Below are positions 20,442 through 30,717 of a stretch of DNA of 64,000 nt, in pieces. Made by a program: the position numbers and the translations under genes. The notes under the pieces were generated by a model that did no database searches, was not told the origin of the DNA, and saw only the letters and a list, made by a program, of their open reading frames with translations. The stretch is taken from NCBI GenBank assembly GCA_965204535.1, contig CBDBEV010000001.1, positions 1,344,001 to 1,408,000 of the forward strand, written 5' to 3'. The stretch's first letter is position 1. Every line of letters starts with the position of its first letter. The stretch comes from a bacterium. Its GTDB lineage: Bacteria; UBA8248.

Positions 20442-21389
20442 ATGCGGGCGGTCTTTTTCGGCACATCCGAGTTCGCCGTGCCCACGCTTCGCGCGCTGCT
20501 GGCCTCACCCGTCGAGGTGGCGGCCGTCTTCACGCAGCCGGACAGGCCCGCGGGCAGGGGCCGCAGGCTGGCGCCGCCGCCTGTGAAGACGCCCGGGTTG
20601 GAAGCGGGATTGCCCGTCCTCCAGCCCGAGAAGATCCGCTCGACGGACGTCGCGGAATTCCGGCCCGACGTAGGCGTGGTGGCGGCCTACGGACAGATTC
20701 TGAGCAGAAAACTCTTGAACGTTCCCCGGTTGGGGCTGTTGAACCTGCACCCCTCGCTTCTTCCGCGCTGGCGGGGCGCCGCGCCGATCCAGCGCGCCCT
20801 TTTAGAAGGGGACGCCGAGACCGGGGTCTGCGTGATGCGGGTCGCGCCCGAACTCGACGCGGGTGCGGTGCTCTCGCGCCGCTCGCTGGCCATCGGGCCG
20901 AGAGATACTTCGGGCGCGCTGCACGACAAACTGGCCGCCATAGGTGCCGAGCAGATGGTGGCGACCCTGCTCGCGCTCGAAAAAGGCGAGGTCACTGAAG
21001 TTCCCCAGGATGAATCCCTGGTCACCTATGCGGAAAAACTCCAGAAAGATGAGGCGAAACTCGATTGGCGCCTGCCCGCGAGCCGCATCGACAGGCTGAT
21101 CCGGGGACTCAACCCCTGGCCCGTGGCGCAGACCGCGTGGCCGGAGATAGAGAACGGCCCGGTGCGGATATGGCGGGCCTGGCCGATCTCCGGGGGGTCC
21201 GGCGGAGCCGCCGGTGAGGTTCTGGGACTCGGTGATTCGCCCGAGGGTGCGGGAATCCGCGTGGCGACGGGTGAGGGGGATTTGGTGATCCTGGAAATCC
21301 AGCCGCCGGGCAAGAAGAAGATGGACGCGGAGGCATTCGCCAGGGGATACCCGTGCCGGCCCGGTTTCGTTCTCGGAGGCGGCGCGTGA
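20442..21389 (+). CDS. fmt: Methionyl-tRNA formyltransferase
   Basis: TQPDRPAGRG, NLHPSLLPRWRGAAPIQR. Confidence 0.97.
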   Translation: MRAVFFGTSEFAVPTLRALLASPVEVAAVFTQPDRPAGRGRRLAPPPVKTPGLEAGLPVLQPEKIRSTDVAEFRPDVGVVAAYGQILSRKLLNVPRLGLLNLHPSLLPRWRGAAPIQRALLEGDAETGVCVMRVAPELDAGAVLSRRSLAIGPRDTSGALHDKLAAIGAEQMVATLLALEKGEVTEVPQDESLVTYAEKLQKDEAKLDWRLPASRIDRLIRGLNPWPVAQTAWPEIENGPVRIWRAWPISGGSGGAAGEVLGLGDSPEGAGIRVATGEGDLVILEIQPPGKKKMDAEAFARGYPCRPGFVLGGGA

Positions 21390-22756
21390 GCCGGAACCTC
21401 GCGGTCGGCGGGAAAAGCGCGCGTTCCGCCGACCTCGTTCGCCGGGCGGCGCACGCCGCTCTGCTTTCTTTCGAAAAGACACCCCTCGCGGCCGACCTGC
21501 TGGTCGAGCGGTTCACGTCGGCGGATTTCGACGCGCGCGACCGCGCCTTCTTGCGCGAGTTGGTCTACGGCGTCCTGCGGTGGCGGGGGCGTCTCGATTT
21601 CGTTTTTGGCCATTTCCTCGAAAAACCGAAACTTGCCCCTCCCGTGCGCGAAGCCTTGCGGCTGGGGACTTATCAGCTCTTGTTCATGGACCGCGTGCCC
21701 GCGCACAGCGCGGTGGACGGCGCGGTTTCCCTGCTGAATCGCCCGAACCTGGGCTGGGCGAGAGGGCTGGTGAACGCGGTGTTGCGCAAGGTGGCGGCGC
21801 ATGAGGTCGCACCGCCCGAAAATCCGGAAGACTACCTCACGATCTGGGAGTCCCACCCGCGCTGGCTGGTGAGGCGCTGGATGCGCACGCTCGGCGAAGA
21901 GGAGGCGCGAAGAAGATGCCGGGCGGACAACGAGGAGGCCCCGGTCGTCTTTCGCGTAAATCCGCTGGCGTCGAACGCCCGGAGTCTGATGGCCGAATTA
22001 AGAAGCGAAGGCGTCGCGACGCGGCCCGGATGCGTAGATCCGGATTGTCTGGTATTTCTGCCGGATGAGGGTGCGCCGGGCGTGCGCTTCAGCGATTCGG
22101 CGGCCTGGCGGGAGGGCAGGTTCGTCGTCATGGATGAGAGTTCGAGCCTGGTGTCGCGTTTCGCAGGCGCCGCCCCCGGAGAGCGGGTTCTCGATGCCTG
22201 CGCGGCCCCCGGCGGGAAAACGGCTTGCCTCGCCTGGGCGGCAGGAGAGAACGGGCGCGTCGTGGCCGGGGATGAGGCGTCTCGCCGCCTCGCTCTTCTC
22301 GAGCGCAATTGTGTTAGGATTCGGGCGGATGTGCGGCTCTTGCGGATGGACGCGGCGAGGCCGCCTTTTCACCAAAAATTCGACCTCGTTCTCGTGGATG
22401 CGCCGTGCAGCGGACTGGGGGTTTTCAGGCGTCATCCCGATGCGAGGTGGCGGCTTGAGGAAGAAGACCTGGTCGCGCAGGCTGGGCGGCAGCGGGCGAT
22501 TTTACGGGGTGCTGCCCGCGCGGTGCGCCCCGGCGGCAGGCTGGTGTATTCGGTTTGTACGAACGAGCCGGAGGAAACGGAAGAGGTGGCGGCTTCGTTT
22601 CGAGAGCCCGGCTTCGTCCCCATATGCGGTGGAGGCGCTCTCCCCGAAGGCGCGAAAAGGTATCTGAAGGCGGACGGGAGCTTGAGGATAACGCCGGGAG
22701 ACGGACTTGACGGTTTTTTCGCCGTGAGTTGGCGCAAAGAGGGCGGGAATTGCTGA
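21386..22756 (+). CDS. rsmB: 16S rRNA m5C967 methyltransferase RsmB
   Basis: NusB-like N-terminus, DACAAPGGKT, DAPCSG, YSVCT; follows fmt. Confidence 0.92.
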   Translation: MSRNLAVGGKSARSADLVRRAAHAALLSFEKTPLAADLLVERFTSADFDARDRAFLRELVYGVLRWRGRLDFVFGHFLEKPKLAPPVREALRLGTYQLLFMDRVPAHSAVDGAVSLLNRPNLGWARGLVNAVLRKVAAHEVAPPENPEDYLTIWESHPRWLVRRWMRTLGEEEARRRCRADNEEAPVVFRVNPLASNARSLMAELRSEGVATRPGCVDPDCLVFLPDEGAPGVRFSDSAAWREGRFVVMDESSSLVSRFAGAAPGERVLDACAAPGGKTACLAWAAGENGRVVAGDEASRRLALLERNCVRIRADVRLLRMDAARPPFHQKFDLVLVDAPCSGLGVFRRHPDARWRLEEEDLVAQAGRQRAILRGAARAVRPGGRLVYSVCTNEPEETEEVAASFREPGFVPICGGGALPEGAKRYLKADGSLRITPGDGLDGFFAVSWRKEGGNC

Positions 22757-23688
22757 AAGGGATACTGAAGGGCATTTTCTGGTTCGTGTTCCTGGTCGCC
22801 TTGGGCGGCGCCGGCGGCGCTGCGGGCCTCTACGTCTTCCGGGGGGGAGAGGGTGTCTTCCTGCCCCGGGTCACGGGCCTCGACGTGGTTCGCGCGCTGG
22901 AACTGCTGGGCGAGAAGGGGATTCCCATGCAGGTCACCGGGCGCGCCTTCAGCGATTCGGTGTCCATGAACCACGTCGTGCGCCAGAACCCACCCGGTGG
23001 GCGACGCATCCGAAAGGGAAGAATCGTATCGCTGATTCTCAGCAAGGGCCGGCGGGACGTGACGGTGCCGGCGGTGGTGGGGGAGAACCTGGTTCGCGCG
23101 GAGACTCTCATCCGCCTGGAAGGCCTTCGCGTCCGGCTGGTGGAGCGGTTGTACGATCCCGGGAAACCCATCGATCAGGTTCTGGGCGTCTGGCCGAACG
23201 AGGGTGAAAACATCCGGCGCGGCGAGGGCGTGGTGCTCGTCGTGAGCCAAGGTCCCCGTGAGCGCGCCTACGTCATGCCTGCCCTGATCGGGGAGCCCGT
23301 CAACAACGCCCTCGACAAGGTCCGCGCGCTCGGCCTGAACGTCGGGCGCGTGCGCTACGTGGACCGCCCGGGATCGCTCAGGGGTTCCATCGTCTCGCAG
23401 ATTCCGCCGCACGGGCGGCGCGTTCTGGCGGGCCACCGGGTGCACGTGGACGTGGCGCGCGGGGCGGACCAAATGGCGGGGAATTTCATCGTCCTGCGCT
23501 ACCGCGTGCCGCACGGGAAACCCAGGCGCGCGCTTCGCGTGGAACTCGAATCGAACGGCGAGAAGCGCGAGGCGCTCTCGCGCGAGGTAAGCGCGGGCGA
23601 GGAGATTCACCTGCTCGTGCGGGTGAAGGGCGCGGCGCGAGCGCGCATATTCCTGGACGGCCGTCTGGTCGAAGAACAAACGCATTAG
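22750..23688 (+). CDS. Membrane-anchored PASTA-domain protein (about 3 PASTA repeats, no kinase domain)
   Basis: N-terminal TM segment, then repeats LPRVTG.../VPAVVG.../MPALIG... each with a Q.P..G-type motif and V.L.VS.G end. Confidence 0.85.
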   Translation: MLKGILKGIFWFVFLVALGGAGGAAGLYVFRGGEGVFLPRVTGLDVVRALELLGEKGIPMQVTGRAFSDSVSMNHVVRQNPPGGRRIRKGRIVSLILSKGRRDVTVPAVVGENLVRAETLIRLEGLRVRLVERLYDPGKPIDQVLGVWPNEGENIRRGEGVVLVVSQGPRERAYVMPALIGEPVNNALDKVRALGLNVGRVRYVDRPGSLRGSIVSQIPPHGRRVLAGHRVHVDVARGADQMAGNFIVLRYRVPHGKPRRALRVELESNGEKREALSREVSAGEEIHLLVRVKGAARARIFLDGRLVEEQTH

Positions 23689-23701
23689 GGAAGGAATCGA
23701 C

Positions 23702-24379
23702 ATGGCGAAGCCCGATATGGCGCCCGGCGAAATCCGGGTCGCGCCCTCTCTGCTCTCGTGCGCTTTCGAGCGGATGGGCGAGGAGATAGCGGCGGTGCGC
23801 GAAGCCGGGGCCGACTGGCTGCATTTCGACGTGATGGACGGCCGTTTCGTGCCGAACATCTCCGTGGGGCCGCTGGGCGTCGAGGCGGCCAGAAGAGCCG
23901 CGCCAGACATGGTGCTCGACGTGCATTTGATGATCGCGGATCCGGATCGCTACATCGAAGCCTTCGCGGATGCGGGCGCGGACATCCTGACGGTTCACGT
24001 GGAGGCGCCGAGGCACGTCCACCGCACCCTGCAGCGCATTCGCGCGCGCGGCCTGGGCGTCGGGCTGACGCTGAACCCCGGAACGCCGCTTTCGGCGGTG
24101 GAGGGTCTGCTCCCGGAGGTGGACATGGTCCTCGTCATGAGCGTCAACCCGGGTTTCGGCGGCCAGAAATTCATCCCGGCTTCGCTGGAGCGGATTCGCC
24201 GCCTGAGAGGGATGATCGAGGCGGGAGGCCTGTCGGTGCTGATAGAGGTCGACGGCGGCGTGACGCCGGAGAATGCGGCGGAAATACGCGCGGCGGGCGC
24301 GGAAGTGCTGGTGGCCGGCTCCGCCGTATTCGGGGCGGAAGACTACGCCGAGGCCATACGCGGCATCCGGGGCGGGTGA
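23702..24379 (+). CDS. rpe: Ribulose-phosphate 3-epimerase
   Basis: HFDVMDGRFVPNI, DVHLMI, MSVNPGFGGQ, VDGG. Confidence 0.97.
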   Translation: MAKPDMAPGEIRVAPSLLSCAFERMGEEIAAVREAGADWLHFDVMDGRFVPNISVGPLGVEAARRAAPDMVLDVHLMIADPDRYIEAFADAGADILTVHVEAPRHVHRTLQRIRARGLGVGLTLNPGTPLSAVEGLLPEVDMVLVMSVNPGFGGQKFIPASLERIRRLRGMIEAGGLSVLIEVDGGVTPENAAEIRAAGAEVLVAGSAVFGAEDYAEAIRGIRGG

Positions 24380-24429
24380 AAAGGCCTGATGAATGAGAGT
24401 CTCACGCGATTAGGGAGGGGACGGTTTTT

Positions 24430-24552
24430 GTAGGGGCCGCATATATGCGGCCCGTGTCGTGGGTAAAAAACTAGGGTCGCATATATGCGACCCCTACACA
24501 TAAACAAATTTTCCCTCTCCGGCTTTTCAACAACCCCTTCAAAGGGGAGTGA
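24430..24552. repeat. GTAG-type REP doublet plus MITE right end
   Basis: GTAGGGGCCGCATATATGCGGCCC (24430-24453) and inverted GGGTCGCATATATGCGACCCCTAC (24474-24497), then TTTTCAACAACCCC. Confidence 0.75.
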
Positions 24553-24597
24553 GAAAAACCCGAGCGGGAGAGAGTGGCCACCCCCATCCACACGCGG

Positions 24598-24627
24598 TTG
24601 ACACTCGCCGCATAAAATCCTTATAAG
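24598..24627 (+). promoter_or_regulatory. Putative sigma70 promoter of the ffh operon
   Basis: TTGACA-17/18 nt-TTATAAG. Confidence 0.6.
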
Positions 24628-24699
24628 TTGGGTTTCCGCACCCGGCCTGGCGGGTGGAAAATCGAAAACATATTGAATATCAACCAGTTGGGGTGTTCG

Positions 24700-26034
24700 A
24701 TGTTCGACGGCTTGAAAGAGCGCCTGGGCGGGGTCTTCAAGGACCTGAGAAGCCGGGGCGTTTTGGGAGAAAAAGAGGTCGATTCCGCGCTTCGCGAGAT
24801 TCGCCTGGCGCTTCTCGAAGCCGACGTGAACTTCCGGGTCGCGAAGGATCTGGTGGCGAAAATCCGCGAGGATCTCCTCGGCGCCGAGCGCGTCGCGCAC
24901 CTGGACCCCTCCCAGCAGGTCATCAAGGCGGTCCAGGGGCGTCTCACCGAACTCATGGGGGCGAAGAGCGCGCCGCTCGAGCGCGCCGCGAGCGGCGTCA
25001 CCACGGTGATGCTCGTCGGTCTCCAGGGTTCGGGGAAAACGACGACGGCCGGCAAGATCGCCCTCAGGCTTAAAAGTAAGGGAATGCGCGTACTGCTCGT
25101 CCCTGCGGACGTCGCGCGCCCTGCTGCCATCGCCCAGCTCAAGCGGCTGGCCGAGCAGACGGGCGCCGACGCGTTCGATTCGGAAGGTATGCCGGACCCC
25201 GTGGAGATCGTCCGGCGCGCCACGGAACGCGCCCGGCTCGAGCATTTCGATTACTGCATCGTGGACAGCGCGGGCCGGCTGCACGTCGATGACGCCTTGA
25301 TGGACGAGTTGAAGCGGATGAAAGAGGCGGCGCGGCCCGATGAGGTGCTCCTGGTCGCGGACGCCATGACGGGCCAGGAAGCGGTGAATCTGGGAGAAGC
25401 CTTCTCCGAGCAAATCGGCATCACGGGCGTCGTGCTGACGAAGCTCGACGGCGACGCCAGGGGCGGCGGCGCGCTCTCGCTTCGCTCGGTGACGGGCGTG
25501 CCCGTCAAGATGGCCGGGGTGGGCGAAAAGCTCGACGCGCTCGAGGATTTTCATCCCGAGAGAATGGCCTCGCGTATTCTGGGGATGGGGGACGTCATGT
25601 CCCTCATCGAGAAGGCCGAAGCCGCCATCTCCCCCGATGACGCGCAATCCATGGTGGAATCCCTCGGCAAGGGGAATTTCACCCTCGTGAGCATGAAAGA
25701 GCAGATCCTCCAGATGCGGAAGATGGGCTCGATGGGTGATGTCCTGTCCATGATACCGGGGCTGGGAAACAGGATGTCCGACGTGGATATCGACGAGAAA
25801 GAACTCACGCGCACGGTGGCCATCATCGATTCGATGACGCCCGCCGAGCGGGTGAAGCCCGAGATCATCAAGGGCAGCCGCAGAAAGCGCATCGCCGCCG
25901 GGAGCGGAACCCGGGTGCAGGACGTGAACCGGCTGCTCAAGCAATTCGCGCAGACACAGAAGCTGATGAAACAATTTTCCAGGGGCGGCAAGAAAAAACA
26001 GATGCAGAGAATGCGTCAAATGCTTAATTTCTAG
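24700..26034 (+). CDS. ffh: Signal recognition particle protein
   Basis: [33 protein letters not shown], Met-rich M domain. Confidence 0.98.
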   Translation: MFDGLKERLGGVFKDLRSRGVLGEKEVDSALREIRLALLEADVNFRVAKDLVAKIREDLLGAERVAHLDPSQQVIKAVQGRLTELMGAKSAPLERAASGVTTVMLVGLQGSGKTTTAGKIALRLKSKGMRVLLVPADVARPAAIAQLKRLAEQTGADAFDSEGMPDPVEIVRRATERARLEHFDYCIVDSAGRLHVDDALMDELKRMKEAARPDEVLLVADAMTGQEAVNLGEAFSEQIGITGVVLTKLDGDARGGGALSLRSVTGVPVKMAGVGEKLDALEDFHPERMASRILGMGDVMSLIEKAEAAISPDDAQSMVESLGKGNFTLVSMKEQILQMRKMGSMGDVLSMIPGLGNRMSDVDIDEKELTRTVAIIDSMTPAERVKPEIIKGSRRKRIAAGSGTRVQDVNRLLKQFAQTQKLMKQFSRGGKKKQMQRMRQMLNF

Positions 26035-26045
26035 GGAGAGAGACT

Positions 26046-26291
26046 TTGGCCGTAAAAATCAGACTTGCCCGCGGGGGTATGAAAAAAGCGCCGCGCTACC
26101 GCGTCGTCGTCCAGGACGAGCGCATGCCGCGCGATGGCCGTTTCATCGAGAGCATCGGCCGCTACGACCCGTCGGAAGACCCCGCATTCGTTCATATCGA
26201 TCTCGAGAAGGCGAAGGCCTGGATGGAAAAGGGCGCCATCCCGACGCGGACGGTCAGGAACCTTCTCGACAGGGCGGGCATCGACGATTAG
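26046..26291 (+). CDS. rpsP: 30S ribosomal protein S16
   Basis: [17 protein letters not shown]...PRDGRFIE; TTG start. Confidence 0.97.
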   Translation: MAVKIRLARGGMKKAPRYRVVVQDERMPRDGRFIESIGRYDPSEDPAFVHIDLEKAKAWMEKGAIPTRTVRNLLDRAGIDD

Positions 26292-26300
26292 GAAGGCTCC

Positions 26301-26807
26301 GTGAGCGGCAGGGTGGCCGTGGGCGTCGCGCTCAGGCCGCACGGCATCAAGGGCGCCGTTCGGGTGGAGCCCTGGCTCGACGACGCAGGCGTCTACGGGC
26401 GAATCGAAGAAGTGTTCTCCCGAGACGAACCTGCGCGGAGGTTCGAGGTGGCGTCCTGGCACCAGGGCGGCAAGGGAGCCATCGTCTGGAAACTCACGGG
26501 AATCGACACCCCCGAAGACGCCGAGGCGTTGCGGGGGACGATTTTTTTGGCGGACAGGAAATTCCTCGACGGCCCCGATGAGGGCGTTCTCTATTTCGAG
26601 GATTTCGAGGGCTGCGAGATCATCGACGAGGCGGGAAGCCCTCTCGGGCGCGTGGTGGACATGTTCGGTGCCGGCGGCAACGACGTCATCGTCATCCGTA
26701 CGCCGGGTGGCGAGGAGTTGCTCGCGCCCGCGACGCGCGAAGTCGTGTTGCGGCGCGATGGGGATCGCTGGGTTTTCCGACTGCCGAAATTCGACCACGA
26801 GGATTGA
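26301..26807 (+). CDS. rimM: Ribosome maturation factor RimM
   Basis: PHGIKGAVRV, AEALRG, GAGGNDV; lies between rpsP and trmD. Confidence 0.92.
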   Translation: MSGRVAVGVALRPHGIKGAVRVEPWLDDAGVYGRIEEVFSRDEPARRFEVASWHQGGKGAIVWKLTGIDTPEDAEALRGTIFLADRKFLDGPDEGVLYFEDFEGCEIIDEAGSPLGRVVDMFGAGGNDVIVIRTPGGEELLAPATREVVLRRDGDRWVFRLPKFDHED

Positions 26808-26813
26808 GGAGGC

Positions 26814-27545
26814 GTGATGCGCATCGACGTTCTTTCCGTGCTGCCCCGCATGGTGGAAGAGGCGTTCCGGGAGGGCGTCGTGGGACGCGCGGTCGAGGGG
26901 GGCCTTCTGGAGTTCAAGGTCTGGAACCTGCGCGATTTCGCCGAGGGGAAATATCAACAGGTCGACGATGCTCCCTTCGGCGGGGGGGCGGGCATGGTGA
27001 TGAAGCCCGAACCCATCGTGAAGGGCGTCCGGGCGGTTCGCGAAGACGCCGATGCCGAGCCGCTCAAGGTGCTGCTCACCCCGCAGGGGCGGCTGTTCGA
27101 TCAGGAAACGGCCGTGAGGTTCTCGGAAGCCCCCCGGCTGCTCCTCATCTGCGGGCGATACGAGGGCGTGGACGAGCGGGTGAGCGAGTTGTGCGTGGAT
27201 GAGGAGATATCGGTCGGCGATTACGTGCTCTCGGGCGGAGAGATACCGGCCATGGCTGTTATCGACGCGGTCGGCAGGCTCATCCCCGGCGTCCTGGGCA
27301 ACGATGCTTCCGCCGCGCAGGACAGCTTCACCGACGGCCTTCTCGATCATCCCCACTATACGCGGCCGGCGGAGTTCGAGGGGGTTCGCGCGCCGGACGT
27401 GCTCCTCTCCGGCGATCACGAGGCGGTTCGTCTCTGGAGGAGGCGGCAGGCGCTCGAGAGAACGCGGGAGAGGCGCAAGGACCTCTTCGAGCGGGCCGAA
27501 TTGAGCGATGAGGATTTGCGCCTGCTCGAATCTTCCCGGCCCTGA
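26814..27545 (+). CDS. trmD: tRNA (guanine37-N1)-methyltransferase
   Basis: DDAPFGGGAGMVM, CGRYEGVDER, SVGDYVLSGGE, PHYTRP. Confidence 0.98.
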   Translation: MMRIDVLSVLPRMVEEAFREGVVGRAVEGGLLEFKVWNLRDFAEGKYQQVDDAPFGGGAGMVMKPEPIVKGVRAVREDADAEPLKVLLTPQGRLFDQETAVRFSEAPRLLLICGRYEGVDERVSELCVDEEISVGDYVLSGGEIPAMAVIDAVGRLIPGVLGNDASAAQDSFTDGLLDHPHYTRPAEFEGVRAPDVLLSGDHEAVRLWRRRQALERTRERRKDLFERAELSDEDLRLLESSRP

Positions 27546-27560
27546 AGGGAGCACGGGATA

Positions 27561-28133
27561 GTGGGGGAGGTCTATCTCGCGCTGATTCACCATCCGGTGC
27601 TCAATCGTGCGGGCGGCGTGGTGACTTCTTCCGTTACCAGCCTCGATTTGCACGATCTCGCCCGCGTGGGCCGCACCTATGGCGTCTCGGGCGTATTTGT
27701 GGTACATCCTTCGGCTCCGCAGCGGGCGTTCGTCGAGCGGGTGATCGGGCATTTCACGCAAGGACCGGGCCGCGCGCTGCACCCCCAAAGGGGAGAAACA
27801 CTCGAATTCCTCGAAGTTCTGCCGTCCCTGGACGCGCTCATCGAGGATGTGGAACGCAAGGAATCGAAAAGGCCGCGCCTCGCCGCCACGACGGCGAGGC
27901 GGACGCCCGGCGCCGTGGGGTATGGAGCGTTCCGCGAGGCAGTGAGGGAGACGGACGCCCCGTACGTCATCCTGTTCGGCACGAGCTGGGGCCTTGTGGA
28001 TGAGGTTCTGGAGATGTCCGACGTGGTTTTGCTGCCCGTGGAGGCGCAGGCCGATACGGGATTCAACCATCTCTCGGTTCGCGGTGCTGCGGCGATAGTG
28101 ATGGATCGCATTTTCGGAAAAAGAGATGTATAG
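27561..28133 (+). CDS. SPOUT-family RNA methyltransferase (trmD-associated)
   Basis: YLALIHHPV, LDLHDLARVGRTYG, LFGTSWGL, FNHLSVRGAAAIVMDR. Confidence 0.88.
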   Translation: MGEVYLALIHHPVLNRAGGVVTSSVTSLDLHDLARVGRTYGVSGVFVVHPSAPQRAFVERVIGHFTQGPGRALHPQRGETLEFLEVLPSLDALIEDVERKESKRPRLAATTARRTPGAVGYGAFREAVRETDAPYVILFGTSWGLVDEVLEMSDVVLLPVEAQADTGFNHLSVRGAAAIVMDRIFGKRDV

Positions 28134-28163
28134 TGCCGTTTTTTCAGGACAAGGAGCAGGCAG

Positions 28164-28511
28164 GTGAACATTATCGACAAAATCGAGCGCGAGGGCATGC
28201 GCAAGGACGTTCCCGATTTCGAGCCGGGAGATACGGTGCGCGTTCACGTGAAAATCGTCGAGGGCGACAAGGAGCGCATCCAGGTCTTCGAGGGCACCGT
28301 CATCGGCAGGCAGGGCGGCGGGCTTCGTGAGCGGTTCCGCGTTCGAAAGCTCTCCTACGGCGTCGGGGTGGAGCGCATCTTCCCGGTGCATTCCCCGCGA
28401 GTCGACAGGATAGAAGTGACCCGGAAAGGCCGCGTGCGCCGCGCGAAGCTCTACTACCTGAGAGACCGCAAGGGCAAGGCCGCCCAGGTGAAAGAGCGTC
28501 GCTGGAGGTAG
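28164..28511 (+). CDS. rplS: 50S ribosomal protein L19
   Basis: [29 protein letters not shown]. Confidence 0.98.
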   Translation: MNIIDKIEREGMRKDVPDFEPGDTVRVHVKIVEGDKERIQVFEGTVIGRQGGGLRERFRVRKLSYGVGVERIFPVHSPRVDRIEVTRKGRVRRAKLYYLRDRKGKAAQVKERRWR

Positions 28512-28669
28512 ATAGAAGCGGAACTTTCCGGTTTCGCGCCTCGATACTTTTTCTGGTCTATCTTTTTTGGTTCCGCTATACTTTCTTTTTGGCATACACC
28601 AATCCACGGATCAGCCTCATCGAAAATCAGGCTGTCCCCCATGCGTATGATACAAAGAAGGAGGGAGAA

Positions 28670-29509
28670 ATGGGACGAATTCCGGCGATTCTCCTAACGA
28701 CGATTCTTCTTTTCGGGTGTGGCGGCGACGACAACGGCGGCTCTCACCCTCCCATGAACGGGCCGAATCAAGACAAACTTACCTATTTGGACGATGACGC
28801 TTTGCTACTCTTGAGCGACATCAGTTATTCCGTCTCGGCCTTGGGAGGAAGAGCAAGATTCATAGCGAACAGCGACTGCGACATGGATGGTTGTACCGTA
28901 AGCAATGACCGCTTGGGTGTTTCGGAGCGATTCACCATCGAAGAGTTTGTGTCTGAGGGAGAGTCGATTGAAGAAGGTCTGGCGTTGGTTGGCGCAGGAA
29001 GCAGAAACGGCATCGACCTTTACAGAGTCTCCCAGCGCATTCCCTATCAAGATCAGGAAATCGACGTAAAGGGGTTCGGCGGGTGGATGAGGCACAGTGT
29101 TTTCGCCGCATGGGAGGGAGCCGTCACGTCTCAAGGCGTTTCCGTAGAATCTGGATTTGGGTTGTCGATAGGCAACAGGGCGGGCGGTTTTCCGGCCGTC
29201 TCGGCCGCCTATAACGGCGTCATGCTGGGAATCGACATCAGACCGGCGCAACACGGGAATCAGGTGCGCGGGGACGCGAGAATCGATTTCACGCTTTCAC
29301 AACCTGGCGATCCCAGGGTGAGCGTATCGTTCACCAACATCACCGGGGCTTCGACCGACGAGATGAATTGGCCGGATCTCCTTGTGAGCCGGGATGGAAC
29401 TGTTTTCCGCGAAGAGATCAACGTCTCTTTCTACGGGCCGAATCACGAAGAAGTGGGTGGAACGTTCAACGCTTACGAGGTAGTCGGCGCTTTCGGCGCG
29501 AGCAGGTAG
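28670..29509 (+). CDS. Lipoprotein with TbpB/HupA-like C-terminal beta-barrel
   Basis: Lipobox LFGC followed by GG; C-terminus FYGPNHEEVGGTF...GAFGASR; RBS AAGGAGG. Confidence 0.75.
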   Translation: MGRIPAILLTTILLFGCGGDDNGGSHPPMNGPNQDKLTYLDDDALLLLSDISYSVSALGGRARFIANSDCDMDGCTVSNDRLGVSERFTIEEFVSEGESIEEGLALVGAGSRNGIDLYRVSQRIPYQDQEIDVKGFGGWMRHSVFAAWEGAVTSQGVSVESGFGLSIGNRAGGFPAVSAAYNGVMLGIDIRPAQHGNQVRGDARIDFTLSQPGDPRVSVSFTNITGASTDEMNWPDLLVSRDGTVFREEINVSFYGPNHEEVGGTFNAYEVVGAFGASR

Positions 29510-29529
29510 ATCGTTCTTCCGATCCAGAC

Positions 29530-29558
29530 GACCCGGGGGTTCGCCCCGGGTCTTTTTT
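29530..29558 (+). terminator. Intrinsic terminator after the lipoprotein gene
   Basis: GACCCGGGG-GTTCG-CCCCGGGTC followed by TTTTTT. Confidence 0.85.
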
Positions 29559-29577
29559 GTCGCCGGTTTCTCTCGCC

Positions 29578-30567
29578 TCAACCCTCCAGGAAATTCTGCA
29601 CCTCGCTGAACAGCGCCTCGCGGCACCATTCGTACTGGGCGAAATGCGTGGCGTCTCCCAGCGTGACCGAGCGCTTCCCCCGGCTGTTCACGAGCGCGCG
29701 GTAGACGGCGGCGAAGACGGGGTCGGTCGAGCTTCTGTCGTGATCGCCCCGGATGGTGAGGACGGGGCAGGTGATTCTGCCCGCGTCATAGAGCGGTTTG
29801 TTGCGCGCGCGGTCGTAGCTGTCCGCCATCGCGCCGTTGGGCACGCGGACGGCGGGGACTCTTCGCTTCGCACCCTCGGTGTCGAATTTCTGCTGTTCGC
29901 TCCAGAATCGCTTTATCGCCGTCTCCGTCCGCCACTTCGCGTGTTGCCCCCTGGGGATGCTCCCGTCCCAGCGCTCGCGCTGGTAGCTTTCCGTCACCCA
30001 GCGCCAAGCGCCCTTTCTAGGGTCCCAGCGTCCGGGGCGCGCGGGGTCTTCCCAGAGCGCCGCCGCCTGTGGGTTGTCGTATGCGTAAAAGGGCGCGTAG
30101 AGCGCGAGGCGGCGGACCCTCGCCTGTTTCCCGGCGGTGAAGGCGGCCGTGGTGGTCGTGCCCCACGACCAGCCGAGGAGGTTCAGCTTCCCGACTCCGT
30201 TTTGCCCGCAGATGAACCTCACGGCGGCGTCGATGTCGCGCACGGCGGTGATTCCCCGCACGGCGGGGGGCTGGCCGGCCGGGCTTCTCCGCATCTCCGG
30301 CGGCCGCGTGGAGGGCCCGTAGCCCCGGATGCACAGCGCGTAGACATGAAAGCCGCGCGCGGCGGCGAAGTCCATCCACGAGTAGCCGGGCAGCGGCAGG
30401 TCGAAGGCGACGGGGGCGGGCGTGCTTTGCCCGTGCACCATGAGGAGCGTATTGGCTGCTTCGCTCTTCTTCATGCCGCGCGGTTTTTTCTCCCTTAAGT
30501 GCAGCTTGACGCCGTCGTCGTGCGAGTCGATGAGGTGGTCTTTTCGGAACAGCTTGGGCTTGGCCAA
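29578..30567 (-). CDS. Alpha/beta hydrolase
   Basis: LMVHG, RGYGPS, GWSWG nucleophile elbow, RGDHD, ATHF; TTG start with GGAG RBS. The ORF-track N-terminal extension is antisense to rnhB. Confidence 0.88.
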   Translation of the reverse strand: MAKPKLFRKDHLIDSHDDGVKLHLREKKPRGMKKSEAANTLLMVHGQSTPAPVAFDLPLPGYSWMDFAAARGFHVYALCIRGYGPSTRPPEMRRSPAGQPPAVRGITAVRDIDAAVRFICGQNGVGKLNLLGWSWGTTTTAAFTAGKQARVRRLALYAPFYAYDNPQAAALWEDPARPGRWDPRKGAWRWVTESYQRERWDGSIPRGQHAKWRTETAIKRFWSEQQKFDTEGAKRRVPAVRVPNGAMADSYDRARNKPLYDAGRITCPVLTIRGDHDRSSTDPVFAAVYRALVNSRGKRSVTLGDATHFAQYEWCREALFSEVQNFLEG

Positions 30568-30717
30568 CGTAGGTTCTCCAGTCAGGATATTCAGGTTCAA
30601 GGATGTCCGCATATTCTCAGATTTTGAGGCTTTGCCCAAGAGGGGCGGCGGGTTTGCCTTGAGAACTCTTGGGAGCGGCGATATATTGGAGAAATCCACC
30701 GCCCTTATTGGTCTTTC

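Noticed and set aside
24343-28607. 558-aa and 858-aa minus-strand ORFs over ffh-rplS
   Set aside because: Antisense to well-supported housekeeping genes and contain no recognisable motifs.
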